DNA of 64,000 bases from Vicinamibacterales bacterium (GTDB lineage: Bacteria > Acidobacteriota > Vicinamibacteria > Vicinamibacterales > UBA2999). Made by a program: the position numbers and the translations under genes. Position 1 is the stretch's first letter; the number at the start of each line of letters is the position of its first letter. Positions 61,183 to 64,000 of the stretch are shown piece after piece. Under the pieces are notes generated by a model. That model made no database searches. It worked only from the letters and a program-made list of their open reading frames with translations, and was not told the DNA's origin. The DNA lies in the NCBI GenBank assembly GCA_050742535.1, contig JBOGIQ010000001.1, positions 50 through 64,049 of the forward strand, given 5' to 3'.

Positions 61183-61577
61183 CCTTTCAGTGGATTCGGG
61201 TGACGCCGACCGGAAACATTCCGCCTCGCGAGGGACGGGCGGTGCTGATCGGCGATCGCGAGATCGCGCTCTTCAATCTTGGAGACGAGTTCCTCGCCAC
61301 CGACAACCAGTGTCCGCACAAGGGCGGTCCACTGTGCGACGGCATCGTCACCGGCACGTCCGTCGTCTGCCCGCTGCACGCGTGGAAGGTCAATCTCGCG
61401 ACGGGCGAGGTCGAGCGGCCCGCGCATGGCAAGGAGCACTGCGTGACGACGTATCCGACGCGCATCGAGGATGGCGTGGTGCTGATCGGATTGCCGGCGG
61501 CACGCGAAGGCACCCCTGAAGGGGCGCCCTACGTAGGGCACCCTTTCAAGGGTGCCGATCCAGAGGCCGCGGCATGA
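61179..61577 (+). CDS. nirD: Nitrite reductase small subunit (Rieske-like)
   Basis: CPHKGGPLCDGIV...VVCPLHAWKV. The ATGA overlaps nirB. The last ~25 residues are encoded by two family C hairpins. Confidence 0.85.
   Translation: MTFQWIRVTPTGNIPPREGRAVLIGDREIALFNLGDEFLATDNQCPHKGGPLCDGIVTGTSVVCPLHAWKVNLATGEVERPAHGKEHCVTTYPTRIEDGVVLIGLPAAREGTPEGAPYVGHPFKGADPEAAA
61509..61556. repeat. Two family C hairpins in inverted orientation sharing a CTACGTAG centre
   Basis: GGCACCCC TGAA GGGGCGCC CTACGTAG GGCACCC TTTCAA GGGTGCC. Confidence 0.85.
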
Positions 61578-62830
61578 GCCTGAAAGGCTTCACGCGCGCC
61601 GGGCACTTCCCGACACTGATCGCCGCGTTGCTCTACTTCGACGTCAGCTTCATGACGTGGGTAATGCTCGGACCTCTCGCCCCGTTTCTGCGCGACGAGC
61701 TTGGGCTCTCCTCCACGCAGCAGGGACTGCTGACGGCCATTCCGCTGCTCGGCGGCTCGCTGTTCCGCCCCGTGATGGGGATGCTCGCCGACCGGATCGG
61801 CGGCCGCCGCACCGGGTTGATCGGCATGGTGCTGACTCTCCTCACGCTGCTCGGCGGCTGGCAACTCGCCACAAGCGTCGCACACTTCTACATCCTCGGA
61901 TTCTTCCTCGGCCTCGCCGGCGCGAGTTTCGCCGTGGCGCTGCCGCTGGCGAGCCGCTGGTATCCCCCCGAATATCAAGGGCTCGCGATGGGAATCGCCG
62001 GCGCCGGCAACTCCGGGACGCTGATGGCGACGCTGTTCGCGCCACGCCTGGCCGAAGCGTTCGGGTGGTCCGCCACGTTCGGGATCGCGATGCTGCCGGT
62101 GGCGTCGGTGTTTCTGCTGTTTGCGTGGCTGGCGAAGGACAGTCCGAAGCGCGCCGCGCCGACGTCGATCGGCGCCTACGGCGCCGTGCTGCGCGAGCAC
62201 GACACGCTGTGGCTCTCGTTCCTGTACAGCCTGACGTTCGGCGGCTTCGTCGGGTTTGCCAGCTTTCTGACGACGTTCTTTCACGAGCAGTATCAGGTGT
62301 CGCGAGTGTCGGCAGGCGATTTCACGACGCTGGTCGTCGTCTCGGGAAGCCTGCTGCGGCCCGTCGGCGGCTGGCTGGCCGATCGTGTCGGCGGCTACCG
62401 CCTGCTGGTGCTGCTGCTGGCGGGCGGCGCGGTGTGCATCGGATCAGTGGCGATGCTGCCGCACGTGCGCGCGGCGGTGGCCCTGCTGTTCGTCGGCATG
62501 GGCCTGCTGGGAATGGGCAACGGCGCGGTGTTCCAGCTGGTACCGCAGCGCTTTCCCGAGCGCATCGGCATCGTCACCGGCGTGGTCGGGGCGGCGGGCG
62601 GGCTCGGCGGCTTCTTCCTGCCGTCGGTGCTTGGCGCGGTGCGCGAGCTGACCGGCTCGTACGCGCTGGGATTGTTCGGCTGCGCGGGCGTGTTCGTTGC
62701 CGGCACCGTCGTGCTGCTGGAACTCGGCGCGCGGTGGTCGCTGCGCTGGGACGTGCACGCGGTCAGACAGGCCGGCGTCTATTCATACCGGAGCGCATTA
62801 TTCGGCGTTGACGAGGAACGCGCCGCGTGA
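61574..62830 (+). CDS. narK: MFS nitrate/nitrite transporter (NNP family)
   Basis: 418 aa with 12 TM-like segments. GPLAPFLRDELGLS and GGSLFRPVMGMLADRIGGRR patterns. Confidence 0.85.
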   Translation: MSLKGFTRAGHFPTLIAALLYFDVSFMTWVMLGPLAPFLRDELGLSSTQQGLLTAIPLLGGSLFRPVMGMLADRIGGRRTGLIGMVLTLLTLLGGWQLATSVAHFYILGFFLGLAGASFAVALPLASRWYPPEYQGLAMGIAGAGNSGTLMATLFAPRLAEAFGWSATFGIAMLPVASVFLLFAWLAKDSPKRAAPTSIGAYGAVLREHDTLWLSFLYSLTFGGFVGFASFLTTFFHEQYQVSRVSAGDFTTLVVVSGSLLRPVGGWLADRVGGYRLLVLLLAGGAVCIGSVAMLPHVRAAVALLFVGMGLLGMGNGAVFQLVPQRFPERIGIVTGVVGAAGGLGGFFLPSVLGAVRELTGSYALGLFGCAGVFVAGTVVLLELGARWSLRWDVHAVRQAGVYSYRSALFGVDEERAA

Positions 62831-62841
62831 CGCCCCCACGT

Positions 62842-62897
62842 TTTTGCATTTTGCATTTTGCATTTTGAATTTTGCATTCTGCATTCTGCATTTCATA
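62842..62897. repeat. AT-rich heptamer tandem repeat TTTTGCA (about 8 units), single arm
   Basis: TTTTGCATTTTGCATTTTGCATTTTGAATTTTGCATTCTGCATTCTGCATTTCATA, between the narK stop and the GAF-ANTAR start. Confidence 0.9.
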
Positions 62898-62905
62898 GGC
62901 CACCC

Positions 62906-63670
62906 ATGAACACACACGCAGTCAGGGTTCGAACCGTAATGACAACCGACAACGTCGACGGCGACACCGACGCCAAGGACAAGACGGACATCGACGTCCT
63001 GCACGAGATCGGCAGCCGTATCGCGGCGGCGGATCCGCTGCACGGCGTGCTCGGACGTGTCGTCGAGTTCGTGGCGAGCGTCGTGCCGTGCGACTCGTGC
63101 TTCGTGTACGTGCTGGAGGAGGACGATCTCGTTCTGCGCGCCTCGAAGACGCCGCATCCGGACGTGATCGATCGTCTCAAGTTGCGGGTTGGCCAGGGCA
63201 TCACGGGATGGGTGGCGGAGCATCGCCAGCCGGTTGCCGTCGGGCATAACGCCTACAAGGATCCACGGTTCCAGACGTTCAACGAGCTGCCGGAAGACCG
63301 GTACGAAGCATTCCTGTCCGTGCCGGTGCTCTCGCGCGGAAAGCTCGTCGGCGTCATCAACCTGCAGCATCGTCAGCCGCACGACTACAGCCGGCAGGAC
63401 ATTCAGCTCATCTCCACCGTCGGGTTTCTGGTCGGCGCCGAAATCGAGATGGCGCGACTCGAGGTCGAGAACACGCAGCTGTCCGAGCGGCTCGAAACGC
63501 GCAAGATCGTCGAGCGCGCGAAGGGTATTCTGCAGCGCGACCTCGGCGTGACCGAGGAAGAGGCCTACCTCACCATCCAGCGGCAGAGCCGCCAGCGGCG
63601 CAAGTCAAAGAAGGAGATCGCGGAAGCGATCGTCCTCGGCGACGACCTCCGACGCGGAAAACAGGCGTAA
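62906..63670 (+). CDS. GAF and ANTAR domain protein (probable RNA-binding antiterminator of nitrate assimilation)
   Basis: A GAF-like region (CDSCFVYVLEEDDLVLRAS...GQGITGWVAEHRQPVAV...LSVPVLSRGKLVGVINLQH) is followed by ANTAR (RKIVERAKGILQRDLGVTEEEAYLTIQRQSRQRRKSKKEIAEAIV). Confidence 0.8.
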   Translation: MNTHAVRVRTVMTTDNVDGDTDAKDKTDIDVLHEIGSRIAAADPLHGVLGRVVEFVASVVPCDSCFVYVLEEDDLVLRASKTPHPDVIDRLKLRVGQGITGWVAEHRQPVAVGHNAYKDPRFQTFNELPEDRYEAFLSVPVLSRGKLVGVINLQHRQPHDYSRQDIQLISTVGFLVGAEIEMARLEVENTQLSERLETRKIVERAKGILQRDLGVTEEEAYLTIQRQSRQRRKSKKEIAEAIVLGDDLRRGKQA

Positions 63671-63671
63671 G

Positions 63672-63780
63672 GGTGCGAGGCGTCTTCGCTGGTCGGTGCG
63701 AGGAGGCTTCGCCAAGTCGGTGCAAGCAGGCTGCGCCGGGTGGGTGCAAGCACGCTGACGCCTGGTCGGTCCAAGCACGC
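63672..63780. repeat. Family D array (GGTCGGTGCGA orientation, about 4.5 units)
   Basis: GGGTGCGAGGCGTCTTCGCTGGTC GGTGCGAGGAGGCTTCGCCAAGTC GGTGCAAGCAGGCTGCGCCGGGTG GGTGCAAGCACGCTGACGCCTGGTC GGTCCAAGC. It lies directly upstream of the second four-helix-bundle gene. Confidence 0.8.
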
Positions 63781-63781
63781 G

Positions 63782-64000
63782 TCATTTCACGAACTGATCA
63801 TCTGGCAGCTGGGAGGCAAAATTCGCCAGCACGTTTTCGCGCTGACGAAAAAGCATCCCGTCGCGGCTGATTTCACGCTGCGATCTCAACTCGACGACGC
63901 GGCAGAGTCAGTGTGTCGGAATATCGCTGAGAGATTCGCGTGCAAGAGCGACAGGGAGTCTGCGAAGTGTGGCCGAATCGTACGCCGTTCAAGGCAACCT
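63782..64000 (+). CDS. Four-helix-bundle protein (23S rRNA IVS / Avd-like family), partial at the right edge
   Basis: The frame starting at 63782 reads SFHELIIWQLGGKIRQHVFALTKKHPVAADFTLRSQLDDAAESVCRNIAERFA..., about half identical to the 48225-48662 protein by eye. The start codon is not identified (candidate GTG 63740). It is not in the ORF track. Confidence 0.6.

Noticed and set aside
1-64000. tRNA, rRNA or tmRNA genes (prompted by the presence of 23S-IVS-type proteins)
   Set aside because: No T-loop-like GGTTCGAATCC-type motifs or rRNA-like conserved stretches were seen in any intergenic gap. All gaps longer than 150 bp were read on both strands.

Overview
High-G+C bacterial chromosomal segment; G+C was judged by eye, not computed. 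The gene families present point to Acidobacteriota: three TIGR03435-type secreted proteins, two TIGR03436-type VWA proteins, and a carboxypeptidase-regulatory-domain TonB-like receptor. This lineage call is an inference, because all family names come from reading the translations and no searches were run.

Gene content, left to right:
- 1-6468: a truncated GNAT gene with a tandemly duplicated 5' region, a VWA protein and a TonB-like receptor.
- 6697-21273: a cofactor-biosynthesis cluster for tetrahydromethanopterin (H4MPT) and methanofuran. It holds mch, a RimK-type ATP-grasp ligase, CitG-like, PTPS-like and HisA/F-like genes, an MfnF-like/MfnE-like fusion, mfnB, an SDR, PCD, a DHPS-like gene, a nitroreductase, pabB/pabA/pabC, DUF447 and RFAP synthase.
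- 21285-25506: a coiled-coil protein, an oxalate/formate-family MFS transporter, and a TPR plus VWA pair.
- 25528-40224: a molybdenum/tungsten neighbourhood with two moeA genes, mobA, msrP, aldehyde:ferredoxin oxidoreductase plus MoaD-like, and NAD-type formate dehydrogenase fdsBA.
- 40381-43000: two TIGR03435 genes preceded by a lower-G+C islet encoding a small secreted Cys-rich peptide.
- 43462-48006: a hemerythrin, an ECF sigma factor fused to a PheS-like class II aminoacyl-tRNA-synthetase core, a cupin, GlcG, an ACT-domain protein and DUF4136.
- 48020-49062: a four-helix-bundle gene (23S-rRNA-IVS / Avd-like) between inverted repeat arrays.
- 49040-63670: a divergent nitrate-assimilation regulon. 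On the minus strand are a porin and nrtABCD. On the plus strand are a FeS/DmsC-like fusion, nasA, nirBD, narK and a GAF-ANTAR regulator.
- 63672-64000: a second four-helix-bundle gene at the right edge.

The main observations are:
1. The sigma-PheS-like fusion.
2. A very high load of short hairpin (REP-like) repeats, many translated in frame inside genes.
3. One hairpin insertion flanked by a perfect 23-bp duplication.
4. The IVS-like architecture around the four-helix-bundle genes.
5. Locus-specific 6-9-mer tandem repeats at cistron junctions.

No tRNA, rRNA, CRISPR array, transposase or phage gene was recognised.
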